From a virus (taxonomy: Duplodnaviria; Caudoviricetes), in IMG/VR virus record IMGVR_UViG_3300029798_000001: a DNA stretch of 64,000 nt. The stretch is one strand, 5' to 3'. Below the pieces are notes generated by a model. That model was not told the DNA's origin. It saw only the letters and a list, made by a program, of their open reading frames with translations, and did not search any database. The position numbers and the translations under genes were made by a program. Positions within the stretch are counted from its first letter, which is position 1; each line of letters starts with the position of its first letter. Positions 16,823-26,186 of this stretch are shown piece by piece.

Positions 16823-16849
16823 AAACCCCAGTGCAATGCTGGGGTTTTT
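16823..16849 (+). terminator. Intrinsic terminator
   Basis: AAACCCCAG-TGCAATG-CTGGGGTTT followed by T; preceded by TGTCCG/CGGACA hairpin 16794-16813. Confidence 0.7.
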
Positions 16850-16923
16850 CACGGCTAAAATATCGTTTGACCATTAATTCCGTTTATTGTATAATAGTAG
16901 TATATTAAAAATTTAGAGGTTGT

Positions 16924-17178
16924 ATGGATATTACTTCGTCAATTTATATTGTTCAGACTTATGCGAAAGCCCAGGGTTTACAAATTTCGGAAGCCTTGGC
17001 AGAATTAGATCACTTGGCCTCGCAGGATTGGATCAATACCAGCCCTGGAGCCCCCAAAGGATATCAACGCAAAACTACTCTGGCCCAGGATGAAGCAGTT
17101 ACTACTTTCTGTAAAAATAGAGCCAAGTGGAGAAGTCAAGCGGTTCTCGCTGGGTTGGATCTTAGCGATTGGACCTAA
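16924..17178 (+). CDS. Hypothetical early protein
   Basis: GAGG SD after early promoter. Confidence 0.6.
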   Translation: MDITSSIYIVQTYAKAQGLQISEALAELDHLASQDWINTSPGAPKGYQRKTTLAQDEAVTTFCKNRAKWRSQAVLAGLDLSDWT

Positions 17179-17216
17179 CGAAAATGTTTATTAATCTAAA
17201 TAAGTAAGGATATATC

Positions 17217-17735
17217 ATGCCAAATTGGTGTAGCGGAAGAGCAACTATTAACGGACCAAGTCCGGTTATCGACGAAATCCGAGCAATACTTGAGGATCCA
17301 GAGGGCAATTTGCTTAATTGGATGGTTCCTCAACCCAACTTTGAGGGTGACCAAGATTGGTATGATTGGAACATCAACAACTGGGGGACAAAATGGCCCC
17401 TAAGTGACATCTACATTGATAACGCAGCGGAACCAGACTCAATTGAATTCTCATTTAGCACAGCCTGGGCGCCACCTGTTGATGCATTTCGTACCTGGGC
17501 AGAACTAGATGGCCGAGTCCAGTTTAATTTAGAATATTGGGAACCCGGCGTAGGATTTGTGGGATCAGCAAGTTGGGATGGTGATTCGTTTGATGACAGT
17601 TATGTCGACTGCAATCAAGACGAGCAGGAATACAAAAGAATAGCCAGTGATACCTGGGGCTATGAAGAGTATGATGAGCCGGAACCCTTAACTGAGTGGT
17701 ATAAAGATGGCGTCGAAGCCCGAGGATTAACATGA
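17217..17735 (+). CDS. DUF1281/Api92-like ferredoxin-fold protein
   Basis: MPNWC, WYDWNINNWGTKW, FSTAWAPP, YWEPG. Confidence 0.75.
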   Translation: MPNWCSGRATINGPSPVIDEIRAILEDPEGNLLNWMVPQPNFEGDQDWYDWNINNWGTKWPLSDIYIDNAAEPDSIEFSFSTAWAPPVDAFRTWAELDGRVQFNLEYWEPGVGFVGSASWDGDSFDDSYVDCNQDEQEYKRIASDTWGYEEYDEPEPLTEWYKDGVEARGLT

Positions 17736-17962
17736 ACGACAGAATTAAAGAACTAATGCTCAAAGCAGGATTTGCGGCACCAGAACTTGCTGGCCGTGCT
17801 AACTTGTTGGCCGAGTTGATTGCTAGAGACATCTGCAAGATTATTAAAAGTCAGAAAATTGCCGAGCCATTCTGTGGCTATCAAGATTGGGAAAACGGTT
17901 ACAATGCCGCAGTTAAATCCGCAGTAGAACAAATTAAACGACAATACAAGAAAGCAAAATAA
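17732..17962 (+). CDS. MNxRIKEL-type small phage protein
   Basis: MNDRIKELMLKAG...LAELIARDIC; related to 20330 and 21225. Confidence 0.65.
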   Translation: MNDRIKELMLKAGFAAPELAGRANLLAELIARDICKIIKSQKIAEPFCGYQDWENGYNAAVKSAVEQIKRQYKKAK

Positions 17963-18342
17963 TGGAACTTATGGACATTTTAACAGCCATTGGTATTGGC
18001 ACCCTAATTGGCGTTGGCATTATAGGCTTTTATGTTTGGATACTATACCAACGAATCAAAGGTCGGGTAGACGACATGGTTAAACAAATCATCCAAGAAG
18101 CCGAAGACAACATGGTCGGACTTGATATCGAAGTTGACAAAGACACTTATTTTTGCTATAATAGTGAAGATAAGCAGTTTATTTGCCAAGGAAAAACAGT
18201 AGCAGAAATCCGCCAGGCCTTCCAAAATCGATTTCCAGGAAAGACAGCCTATTTGGCCGGAGGAGACCCAAGAGTGGTAGAATATTTTAAAACGGAATTA
18301 TTAAAATTAGGCATTAATGAACCTCAATCTAAGTCAGATTGA
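17962..18342 (+). CDS. Membrane-anchored hypothetical protein
   Basis: N-terminal hydrophobic helix. Confidence 0.65.
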   Translation: MELMDILTAIGIGTLIGVGIIGFYVWILYQRIKGRVDDMVKQIIQEAEDNMVGLDIEVDKDTYFCYNSEDKQFICQGKTVAEIRQAFQNRFPGKTAYLAGGDPRVVEYFKTELLKLGINEPQSKSD

Positions 18343-18373
18343 CTTATAAGTCAAATAACCGTATAATAGTATT

Positions 18374-19297
18374 ATGAAAATAGCCCTTCTATCGGACGCA
18401 CACCTTGAATTTCAACCTCTCGTTATTAACAATGATGAGAATGCCGATGTGTTAATCCTAGCCGGAGACATCTGTGTAGCTGCACATTTAAAAGATGCCA
18501 GCCCTACCTATGCAAAAGTGCTGGCAAAAGAGTATCGTCAGTTCTTTGATCATGTATGCAAAGAATTTCCGCATGTGGTTTACATTTTAGGAAACCATGA
18601 ATTTTACAATGGTGACATCAAACACACCTACAACATCCTCAAAGAGCATCTTGACTACGGTAACCTACATATTCTTGAAAAAGAAACATGGACGCATCAA
18701 GGTCATACCTTTGTTGGCGGCACCTTATGGACCGACATGAATCGACTTGATCCGCTAACTTTGATGCATACACAAGGTTCCATGAATGACTTCCGTGAAG
18801 TGCTTAACAGTAATCGCATGGTGGTGCGTAATGTTCCCATCTACGAGCGGAATCCTTTATGGACCGATGACGGCCGGAACGGCGGACAGTATAACCGAGA
18901 TGCTACTGGTGCTATGATTAATATTGGTTACAAGAGCAAGGAAGAACCAGCTCGTTGGACTCCAGAGGATTCAGCAATGGATCACGCACGGATGTTGGCG
19001 TATATTGATCATGTTACCCGCGAACCCGGTAGCTATATTGTAGTGGTTCATCATGCACCCAGCAGTCAAAGTATAGCAGAAAGATTCAAACACGATACCC
19101 TGATGAATGGTGCGTTTAGATCTGAACTGGATGAGTTCATCATGGATCGTCCGCAGATTCGATTGGTATGCCATGGCCATATGCACAACAACTCGAATTA
19201 CTGGATTGGTGAGACTAGGGTGGTCTGTAATCCCAGAGGCTACGCAGGATATGAAGATCAAGCAGAATGGTTTAAACTACAATATATCGAGGTATAA
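18374..19297 (+). CDS. Calcineurin-like metallophosphoesterase
   Basis: SDAH, LAGDI, LGNHE, HHAP, CHGHMH, NPRGY. Confidence 0.9.
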   Translation: MKIALLSDAHLEFQPLVINNDENADVLILAGDICVAAHLKDASPTYAKVLAKEYRQFFDHVCKEFPHVVYILGNHEFYNGDIKHTYNILKEHLDYGNLHILEKETWTHQGHTFVGGTLWTDMNRLDPLTLMHTQGSMNDFREVLNSNRMVVRNVPIYERNPLWTDDGRNGGQYNRDATGAMINIGYKSKEEPARWTPEDSAMDHARMLAYIDHVTREPGSYIVVVHHAPSSQSIAERFKHDTLMNGAFRSELDEFIMDRPQIRLVCHGHMHNNSNYWIGETRVVCNPRGYAGYEDQAEWFKLQYIEV

Positions 19298-19298
19298 T

Positions 19299-19562
19299 AT
19301 GAACAAAAGACCCAATCGTGATCAACTAAACGGCTTGAGTTTGAGCCAGTTGCGGACTCTGTTAAAGAGACGCGGACACAAGGTTCCACGCAAAATCTAT
19401 TACTCGGGTTATGTTACTCAGTTTCGTAACAGGCTGTATCGCTTTCGTTGGTGGACTGATAAAAACTTTGTTGTGGATATTAGTTGTCCTCTTAGTGATT
19501 TTGATCGTTGGGCCAATAGTTGTGATGAAACTGTTAGTTTTGATACCTGGAGACAAAGATGA
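19299..19562 (+). CDS. Hypothetical protein
   Basis: GAGG SD, start reassigned to MNKRPNR. Confidence 0.55.
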   Translation: MNKRPNRDQLNGLSLSQLRTLLKRRGHKVPRKIYYSGYVTQFRNRLYRFRWWTDKNFVVDISCPLSDFDRWANSCDETVSFDTWRQR

Positions 19563-19792
19563 AACAGCATCAAATTTATCTGTCAAGACGCAACTTGTTG
19601 GCCTTATTGAGCAAGCTGGACCGCCTTGAGGCCGGAGACGAAACAGCCTGTGCCATAGTCAAGTATGCCAATCCGTCAGATCCATATTGTAATACCATTG
19701 ATCAAGTAACAGTCATTGCAATTCCGGATGAAAAGTTTTATACTAATAGATCGCCAGGTGCGATGCATCCAGCGGATGAGGCTAATTTATGA
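19559..19792 (+). CDS. Hypothetical protein
   Basis: ATGA-coupled, GGAG SD. Confidence 0.6.
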   Translation: MKQHQIYLSRRNLLALLSKLDRLEAGDETACAIVKYANPSDPYCNTIDQVTVIAIPDEKFYTNRSPGAMHPADEANL

Positions 19793-20025
19793 ACGGATAC
19801 GAATTGGCTGATGAAATAAAAACCATGCTTGCCGACGCAGAATCCTACTATGGTGAAGCTGAAAGTTATTTGATAAAATGTGAAACCATGCTACGCCAGC
19901 AACAAGCTGAAATAGAGAAACTGCGAAGCTGGGTTGAGATGCTTGTTGAAGTTCCATTTTTTAATGAAATAGACCATTACCGAGGAATTCCAGTAGCAAT
20001 ACTAAGAAAGGCAAGTGAGAAATGA
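19789..20025 (+). CDS. MNGYELAD-type coiled-coil protein, copy 1
   Basis: First 17 nt identical to next gene. Confidence 0.6.
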   Translation: MNGYELADEIKTMLADAESYYGEAESYLIKCETMLRQQQAEIEKLRSWVEMLVEVPFFNEIDHYRGIPVAILRKASEK

Positions 20026-20333
20026 ACGGATACGAATTAGCCGACAGATTGGAAGATACCACAGAAAATTTTACCTGTATATACAACATATCAGCCGCCA
20101 CCAAGTTACGCCAGCTACAAAAGGAACGAGACCTGTTGTTCTCAGCACATTCACATGAAATGAAAAGAGCAGATGAATTACAGGTTGAATGTGCGAGATT
20201 ATATCGTATTATTGAATTGAATGGAAAAATAGCAGATCGGGTATATGATTTTGATAATCCGTTATTAGATGTATGTAAACATGGAAATGATAGTGCTTGT
20301 AAAGAATGCTACCTGGAGACAGTAAAGAAATGA
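20022..20333 (+). CDS. MNGYELAD-type coiled-coil protein, copy 2
   Basis: Tandem paralog; C-terminal CKH...CKEC. Confidence 0.6.
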   Translation: MNGYELADRLEDTTENFTCIYNISAATKLRQLQKERDLLFSAHSHEMKRADELQVECARLYRIIELNGKIADRVYDFDNPLLDVCKHGNDSACKECYLETVKK

Positions 20334-20584
20334 ACGAGCGGATTCGACAACTTGCCGGACAGGCATTAGACCGAGTGGTGCCATACACATGGACTCGACT
20401 AGACTATGATGAAATACAACGATTACAAGAGTATTTCGCCCAGTTGATTGTGGCAGAATGTGCTGAGCAGATTATAGCAAAAGGAACAGACTGGGTTGAT
20501 TTTGCGCCTAGCCAAACAGGTGTTAGACCGGAATATTGGGCTATGGCACAACAGATTAAACAACATTTCGGAGTTGAAGAATGA
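20330..20584 (+). CDS. MNERIRQL-type small phage protein
   Basis: FAQLIVAECAE...HFGVEE. Confidence 0.65.
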   Translation: MNERIRQLAGQALDRVVPYTWTRLDYDEIQRLQEYFAQLIVAECAEQIIAKGTDWVDFAPSQTGVRPEYWAMAQQIKQHFGVEE

Positions 20585-20674
20585 CTGCATTCGTTTGGGG
20601 TATCGTTGTGGGCTGGTTCAGTCATGCTGTATGGGTGTTTATGATCAGACCAATTATTAGAGAGGCTATGAAGA

Positions 20675-21040
20675 ATGAGTGATTACTCACCGGACCGTTG
20701 GGTCATTGTAAAGATCGTCACACCTAAAGAACTGTTGTATAAAGTGTTTGCATCGTGGAGCGGTGGCTACGGAGGCAGTGACCGTTGGAAAATAAACTCG
20801 GGCATTACTCACGCACGACTTGTAGATGACTATTGGGAGTTTAGTGGATATTCGGGATCCGTTTATAGTTGCCACAAGGATGCATACGGCACTAACGGCT
20901 ATGGTGGTAATGTCTTACAGAATTTTATTGACCAAATGCCGACTCAAGGTGCCACTATGGAAATCATGCCCGGAGATACTGACTGGGCTACTGTGCCATA
21001 TGATCGACTACAGCAATTTGTTGCAGATGGAGTAAAATAA
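20675..21040 (+). CDS. Hypothetical phage protein
   Basis: MSDYSPDRWVIVKI...WKINSGI...FSGYSGSVYSC. Confidence 0.7.
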   Translation: MSDYSPDRWVIVKIVTPKELLYKVFASWSGGYGGSDRWKINSGITHARLVDDYWEFSGYSGSVYSCHKDAYGTNGYGGNVLQNFIDQMPTQGATMEIMPGDTDWATVPYDRLQQFVADGVK

Positions 21041-21225
21041 TGTTTAAATGGTTGCGCTATTCAGGAGCAAGTATAACAATTACAATAAACCCACTACACT
21101 GGCGTAAGATGCCACAGATACGAGAGGCATTTATAGATGAGTGGGTAGGACCTCACGAACGGGCATGGTTTGCAAGTTGGTTATTTTTAACCGTTAGAGT
21201 TTGGATTGACGATGGGAGTTGGTAA
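21040..21225 (+). CDS. Hypothetical protein
   Basis: TAATG-coupled. Confidence 0.55.
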   Translation: MFKWLRYSGASITITINPLHWRKMPQIREAFIDEWVGPHERAWFASWLFLTVRVWIDDGSW

Positions 21226-21458
21226 TGACTGAAGATCAATTTAGTAATTTTGTATATCACTCGGGCTTGATTGCCCAAGGATGCTGGGATAAGTTTGACG
21301 ACTGGGACAAAGATGCCCTACGACGATTTGGCAAGTTAATTGTCAAGGATTGTATTGATACGCTTCAAACAAGATTTATGGGCGACCTTAATCGTGAAGA
21401 TCAGGAAGTCCAGCGTTGCATAGAAACGCTACAAAAACATTTTGGTGTTGAACAATGA
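21225..21458 (+). CDS. Small phage protein related to 20330
   Basis: FGKLIVKDC...HFGVEQ. Confidence 0.6.
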   Translation: MTEDQFSNFVYHSGLIAQGCWDKFDDWDKDALRRFGKLIVKDCIDTLQTRFMGDLNREDQEVQRCIETLQKHFGVEQ

Positions 21459-21688
21459 AGATTGAATCTGCTGACGGCAAAGAAGGATACTTAATCTGGT
21501 GCGGTGGTGACCGCTATGTGTTTAGAATCTACACCAATGCACCTGAAGAGTTTACAGATTATGACTTGCGCCACAGTGATATGCGTGTTCGAATCGTAGA
21601 CTCAGATGCGTTCTTTTATAGTGACGATAAAGGCGACTCAATCGACCACAGTCCGGATACTTTGGGAATTAAAAATGCAGATCGGTGA
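21455..21688 (+). CDS. Hypothetical protein
   Basis: ATGA-coupled. Confidence 0.55.
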   Translation: MKIESADGKEGYLIWCGGDRYVFRIYTNAPEEFTDYDLRHSDMRVRIVDSDAFFYSDDKGDSIDHSPDTLGIKNADR

Positions 21689-21899
21689 AGTGCGTATTAT
21701 AAATGGTAAATTGTCACTGATTACCAGCGGTGCTCCGTATCCTTGTAACTTTTGGGAGTGGCGTGATATTCGTAAAAATGGAACTCTGGGCAAAACTCAC
21801 GGTAGCTATAACGATGGAAGTATTGAGCATAGTAAACCTATTAAACACGAAGTTGTTATTCGAGTTAACTCATTTGAGTTATTAAAGGTGCCAGAATAA
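21675..21899 (+). CDS. Hypothetical protein
   Basis: Start reassigned to MQIGEVR. Confidence 0.5.
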   Translation: MQIGEVRIINGKLSLITSGAPYPCNFWEWRDIRKNGTLGKTHGSYNDGSIEHSKPIKHEVVIRVNSFELLKVPE

Positions 21900-22282
21900 T
21901 GGGAATGTTTGATAATATCGAATACAAGGGCGACCAGTATCAAACAAAAGATACCCCATGCCAGAGTTTGGATAATTACAAGATCGAACAGAATCAAGAT
22001 GATGGGCATTGGTACCTGTGGCACGAAGAATATGACACAGAATGGGAAGATCACGAAGGATTATTTGGTGGAAGTATACGGCAGTTTAACCAGCGTTGGG
22101 TAGCCTGTGAAGACTTTGATGGCAACCTGCGTTTTTATCGTAGTGATAAAGAAAATCCTAATCGTTGGATTGAATACCGAAGCCTGTTCATGGATGGTCG
22201 TATGTTAAAGATCAAAGAACATTTTGATGAACCTCTTACCAATTGGTACAGAGAAGGTGTAGAGAAAAAGGGATTAACGTGA
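21899..22282 (+). CDS. Hypothetical protein with C-terminal tag shared with 17217
   Basis: MGMFD...YQTKD; ends EPLTNWYREGVEKKGLT. Confidence 0.65.
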   Translation: MGMFDNIEYKGDQYQTKDTPCQSLDNYKIEQNQDDGHWYLWHEEYDTEWEDHEGLFGGSIRQFNQRWVACEDFDGNLRFYRSDKENPNRWIEYRSLFMDGRMLKIKEHFDEPLTNWYREGVEKKGLT

Positions 22283-23115
22283 GAGAATATTGGAGTTGCA
22301 GTAAAGTTGCAGATCGGATTCGCGGTACTATTAAACCCGATGCCTTAGAATTAGGCAAGTGGAATGACTGGGAAGAATACGCTCGGGCCACACATCCTAT
22401 TCGCTACTGGATAGTAGAAGAAGCATTTGATGCTGTGCAAAATTTTATCAATTGGCCTGCCACCCAAATCAATAATGTACGCTATTGGCTTAATAACCGT
22501 TTTGTTGACCGTACTCATGCACTAACCAGCTCAAGTCTTAAGCCAGGACAGTATCACGAACTAGACACACGCATCTTACACTGTGTATTTGACGAATTGG
22601 TCAACTTTGTAGAAGTAGAAAAAGCCTGGATGCAAGTTTGCTTCAGTGATGAAGATGTCCGTAAGAAATATAGTTTACCATTTTGGCGTAAGCAATGGTG
22701 GACTCGCTGGTTTATGACTTGGCGCAATCCACAGGCCGGAATTGATCATTTACTTTGGGAAATCGGCCTGGTTTGGACCGAAGATCAAGTAGGTAGCAAC
22801 AGCAAACTATTAGGTCAAACTACCGAACAAGCCGTGCGAGCCCAGGTGATTATGGACTTATACACTTGGTGGACTCAAACTCGCCCTGCTCGTCCCGATC
22901 CGTATGAAGCCTCAGGGTGGACTGCCTACTGTGAAGCCAGCCGTGAAGCTAATGATGGTAAGTTAGGTTGGTCGGGTAGTAACGATTCCGTTGAACTTAA
23001 GAAAATGAGCAAGGCAGCACACAAGAAGATGGATAAGATGGATAAAGACTACGAAGCGGAAGATGAAGCTATGCTGATCAAACTCATTAAAATTCGCAAG
23101 AATCTTTGGACATAA
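22279..23115 (+). CDS. Trp-rich hypothetical phage protein
   Basis: GTG start overlapping upstream stop; 278 aa. Confidence 0.7.
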   Translation: MREYWSCSKVADRIRGTIKPDALELGKWNDWEEYARATHPIRYWIVEEAFDAVQNFINWPATQINNVRYWLNNRFVDRTHALTSSSLKPGQYHELDTRILHCVFDELVNFVEVEKAWMQVCFSDEDVRKKYSLPFWRKQWWTRWFMTWRNPQAGIDHLLWEIGLVWTEDQVGSNSKLLGQTTEQAVRAQVIMDLYTWWTQTRPARPDPYEASGWTAYCEASREANDGKLGWSGSNDSVELKKMSKAAHKKMDKMDKDYEAEDEAMLIKLIKIRKNLWT

Positions 23116-23164
23116 ACTAGTAATTAAACATTGACCAACAACTCAAACTAGCGTAAAATAGTAT

Positions 23165-23416
23165 ATGACAACACAAACCGCGTTTGAACATATTGTAGCT
23201 TTTGCTGATCGTAATGATCAACCTCGTGAACTTGTAACTCAAGAAGATTTTGATCTATGGCAAAAAGATTATACCTGGGATGCCTTGTATGGTATTAGAT
23301 ACGGGCAAAGTTTTTGTAATAGGTTCAATATATCTAATAACTTATTATACTATTCTACCTGGCCTCCGGAACAAATGGATCATTACATAAAGAAACACTA
23401 CATTGAAAGATCCTGA
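23165..23416 (+). CDS. Hypothetical protein
   Basis: After early promoter; RYGQSFCN. Confidence 0.6.
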   Translation: MTTQTAFEHIVAFADRNDQPRELVTQEDFDLWQKDYTWDALYGIRYGQSFCNRFNISNNLLYYSTWPPEQMDHYIKKHYIERS

Positions 23417-23624
23417 ATTTAACTATCCTGTGACAGTCAATTGGGGCCGTGGTACAGATACCATGGAATACTGGGATCGGTTATGTATTGCTAGTATTGA
23501 AATGGTTGGATGTCCTGGTGATCGCTTTATTACAGACATCGGTGCAGATCAGATGATCTGGGCATTCCGCGACCCTAGAGATGCATTTATTTTTAAATTA
23601 AAGTTCAGTGAGGTAACATGTTAA
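23403..23624 (+). CDS. Paralog-family small protein
   Basis: WAFRDPRDAFIFKLKF. Confidence 0.6.
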   Translation: MKDPEFNYPVTVNWGRGTDTMEYWDRLCIASIEMVGCPGDRFITDIGADQMIWAFRDPRDAFIFKLKFSEVTC

Positions 23625-24022
23625 CGAATTTATATTTTGCGTATGGGGCAAATATGCACCCCGGACAAATGGAGTGGCGTTGTCCCAAAGCCCTAGCAAG
23701 CCAAACATTTATTCTGCGTGACTGGGAATTAAAATTTTATAGCCATGCTACCATTGAGCCTAAGCGAGGCACCCAGGTCGCAGGAGTGCTGTGGGAGATT
23801 ACCGAAGATTGCGAACTTAGGTTAGACGCATTTGAAGGTTATCCAAGTTATTATACTAAACAGACTTGGATACAAGACGATACTCAGTTTTTCTTTTACG
23901 AAATGACAACTCCTAAAAGCGGAAAACCGAGCGAGGGGTATGTGTTAGACATCGAAGAAAGTTATACATTCTGGCAACTTCCTAAAGATTTATTAACCCA
24001 ATCATTAAATGACCCTGCATAG
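23618..24022 (+). CDS. Gamma-glutamylcyclotransferase (AIG2-like)
   Basis: YFAYGANM, GVLWEI, LDAFEGYP. Confidence 0.85.
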   Translation: MLTNLYFAYGANMHPGQMEWRCPKALASQTFILRDWELKFYSHATIEPKRGTQVAGVLWEITEDCELRLDAFEGYPSYYTKQTWIQDDTQFFFYEMTTPKSGKPSEGYVLDIEESYTFWQLPKDLLTQSLNDPA

Positions 24023-24272
24023 AGTAAAACACGAACCGTTATTAAAGAGTCCCATGGATTATATGCGGAACAAGGATAGTTTTAGTTACGCCCAAGAGAT
24101 CTCAAAAGAGTTTGGTATACTTGAGCATGTATTAGACTGGTGTAAAGAAGAATTGTCAGCAGAATGGCGGTGGCAATTATCAGAATTGAGCAGTGATCAC
24201 AAGCCCGGTCGCTATATCTTTTATTTTGATTCAGAACGAGATTGCCTAGCATTTATAATGAAATGGCGTTAA
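24009..24272 (+). CDS. Paralog-family small protein
   Basis: LDWC...YIFYFDSERDCLAFIMKW. Confidence 0.6.
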   Translation: MTLHRVKHEPLLKSPMDYMRNKDSFSYAQEISKEFGILEHVLDWCKEELSAEWRWQLSELSSDHKPGRYIFYFDSERDCLAFIMKWR

Positions 24273-25022
24273 ATGACGATTAATAATTTTGTAGTTCTAG
24301 ACAGTGTGTATGGCAAGTTTATCGTTGCTAGAACTTGTTTATTTCAAGCCGAGGCCTTGGTTAAAACAGGCCACACTCATATTGAGGATGAACTACACAA
24401 TATCTTTGCCATTGTAGATACCTTGCCCACGGATGCTGTCATTGTTGATGGCGGGGCCAACATTGGGTTTTTTACTATACCAGTTGCCCACCGAACGCAA
24501 GGGCGTGGCACCAGGATTATTTCGTTTGAACCGCAGCGGCAATTATTCCAAGCAGTAGGTGGTAGTCTAGCACTCAACGGATATCGTAATGTTTTTCTAC
24601 ATAATTGTGGGCTAGGTGCTGAACCTGGTATTGCCCAACTGCCTAAAATTGACTACAGTATAGCACAGGACTTTGGCACTGTATCGTTAACAGAAGAAAC
24701 TACTGTCGACGAAGATGGGTGGATGAATGATCGTGTAGTGGACATTACCAGCATAGATGCTATGGATCTGCCCAGACTGGATTTCTTTAAACTAGATGTA
24801 GAAGGATATGAAGTTCCGGTACTCACAGGAGCACTCAAAACCATAAAGAAACATCGTCCTTGGATTTGGGTAGAATATTTCATCACTGGTGTAGAACCAA
24901 TTAAACAGGCTCTAGCAGACCTGGATGATTATACATTTTTTATAGTGGATTATCAAAATATGCTGTGTTCCCCAAACGAAAAACTATTAACTATCACCAC
25001 TGTTGGGCTACAGAAAGTCTAG
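24273..25022 (+). CDS. FkbM-family methyltransferase
   Basis: IVDGGANIGFF, FEPQ, FFKLDVEGYE. Confidence 0.9.
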   Translation: MTINNFVVLDSVYGKFIVARTCLFQAEALVKTGHTHIEDELHNIFAIVDTLPTDAVIVDGGANIGFFTIPVAHRTQGRGTRIISFEPQRQLFQAVGGSLALNGYRNVFLHNCGLGAEPGIAQLPKIDYSIAQDFGTVSLTEETTVDEDGWMNDRVVDITSIDAMDLPRLDFFKLDVEGYEVPVLTGALKTIKKHRPWIWVEYFITGVEPIKQALADLDDYTFFIVDYQNMLCSPNEKLLTITTVGLQKV

Positions 25023-25082
25023 GTTGACTGGAAATTACCGATTTGTTATAATAGTAGTATAGTAATTAATTATGAGGGTTTA

Positions 25083-25433
25083 ATGAAAAATTATCGTTTT
25101 TTAGGTGCAGAAGCCGAAATATTGGGATGCCGCTTGGATTCAGCCCGTCGGGTACTTGCTGGTGCAAAGACACCCTGGGCCAAAAATCATTGGAGTCAAA
25201 CAGTAGAACGATTACTTTTTCAGTGGCGACAACTACCTATCCTACACGATTCTGACGCATTGGTCACTATTATTCCTCGCTGGACTATTGACTACGATTT
25301 TTATGAACTAAGCCGCCCACACGAATATGTAGGTGTGTCAGACCGAGCCTACAATAAATTATTTAGAGAAAGTGTCAACCTGGACGAAAGTTGGGAAAAT
25401 CATAGAGCGGCAAGATTAGCGAGGGCACAATAA
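25083..25433 (+). CDS. Hypothetical early protein
   Basis: After early promoter, GAGG SD. Confidence 0.65.
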   Translation: MKNYRFLGAEAEILGCRLDSARRVLAGAKTPWAKNHWSQTVERLLFQWRQLPILHDSDALVTIIPRWTIDYDFYELSRPHEYVGVSDRAYNKLFRESVNLDESWENHRAARLARAQ

Positions 25434-25624
25434 TGACTGATGAACGTCTCATGGTATGTGAAGCGGTGTTCAATGATCAAATTGGACCCGAACATTTAAC
25501 TCAAGCAGAGATTGACGAGTTTATGGAACTAGTGCTAGATGCAAGTACAGACAAGTTAATGGCTGAAGCTGAACTTCGAGGGTGCAGTGTGTTCGATGGC
25601 ATAGAAGGGAACACAGTTCAATGA
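25433..25624 (+). CDS. Small acidic protein
   Basis: TAATG-coupled. Confidence 0.55.
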   Translation: MTDERLMVCEAVFNDQIGPEHLTQAEIDEFMELVLDASTDKLMAEAELRGCSVFDGIEGNTVQ

Positions 25625-25947
25625 ATCATCAGTTCGTAGTCATGTGGTGTAATGAAGGATTGGAATATGTGGGCGATGTTACTGCGGAACAGGGTAAAAA
25701 AGCCTGGGCCGCACTTAAAGGTGAAGAACATCGTGGCATGCCAAATCTTCTGCACATGCGACTACGAGCACAGTTTAACAAGGATCGGCACTATGAAATA
25801 TATTTTGTAGACGCAGTAGATGGAATTACCGAAGATGATATCCGCGAAATGTTCCGTGCAAGTCCGCAGACAGCCGCAGATACCATTAGAGAATTAGGAC
25901 AAGTTTTTTATAGTGACCGAGTAGAAGAACGCCCGGTCATAGTATAG
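25621..25947 (+). CDS. Hypothetical protein
   Basis: Start reassigned to MNHQF (ATGA overlap). Confidence 0.65.
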   Translation: MNHQFVVMWCNEGLEYVGDVTAEQGKKAWAALKGEEHRGMPNLLHMRLRAQFNKDRHYEIYFVDAVDGITEDDIREMFRASPQTAADTIRELGQVFYSDRVEERPVIV

Positions 25948-25950
25948 TTT

Positions 25951-26177
25951 GTGTTCAGGTGACTCTGGGCTAGTGTGATCCACACGATAAGTGGTTTAGT
26001 CAACCACGGATGGTTCTGGTCTAACCTAACCGGCGCTGGCAATGCGTTAACGAGCCCTGTCGTGGAGCGGGTGAATGCTGACTTATTTCTCTGCTGAATC
26101 CGATGGGATAACCAGAGTCGACACCATTGGGGTGTTGAAAAGTTTAGACTATAACTGACCGCCGGGGGCTGAAGAGC
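25951..26177 (+). ncRNA. Candidate ~225-nt structured non-coding RNA
   Basis: No ORF; GACTCTGG 25961-68 / CCAGAGTC 26112-19 encloses several hairpins; strand assumed from context. Confidence 0.55.
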
Positions 26178-26186
26178 ATTTATATT

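Noticed and set aside
25951-26177. Group I intron, tmRNA or RNase P RNA
   Set aside because: Not inside a gene; GACTA/TAGTC occur in the wrong order for P7; no GGAAAGTCC/P4 or tRNA-like domain with a tag ORF.
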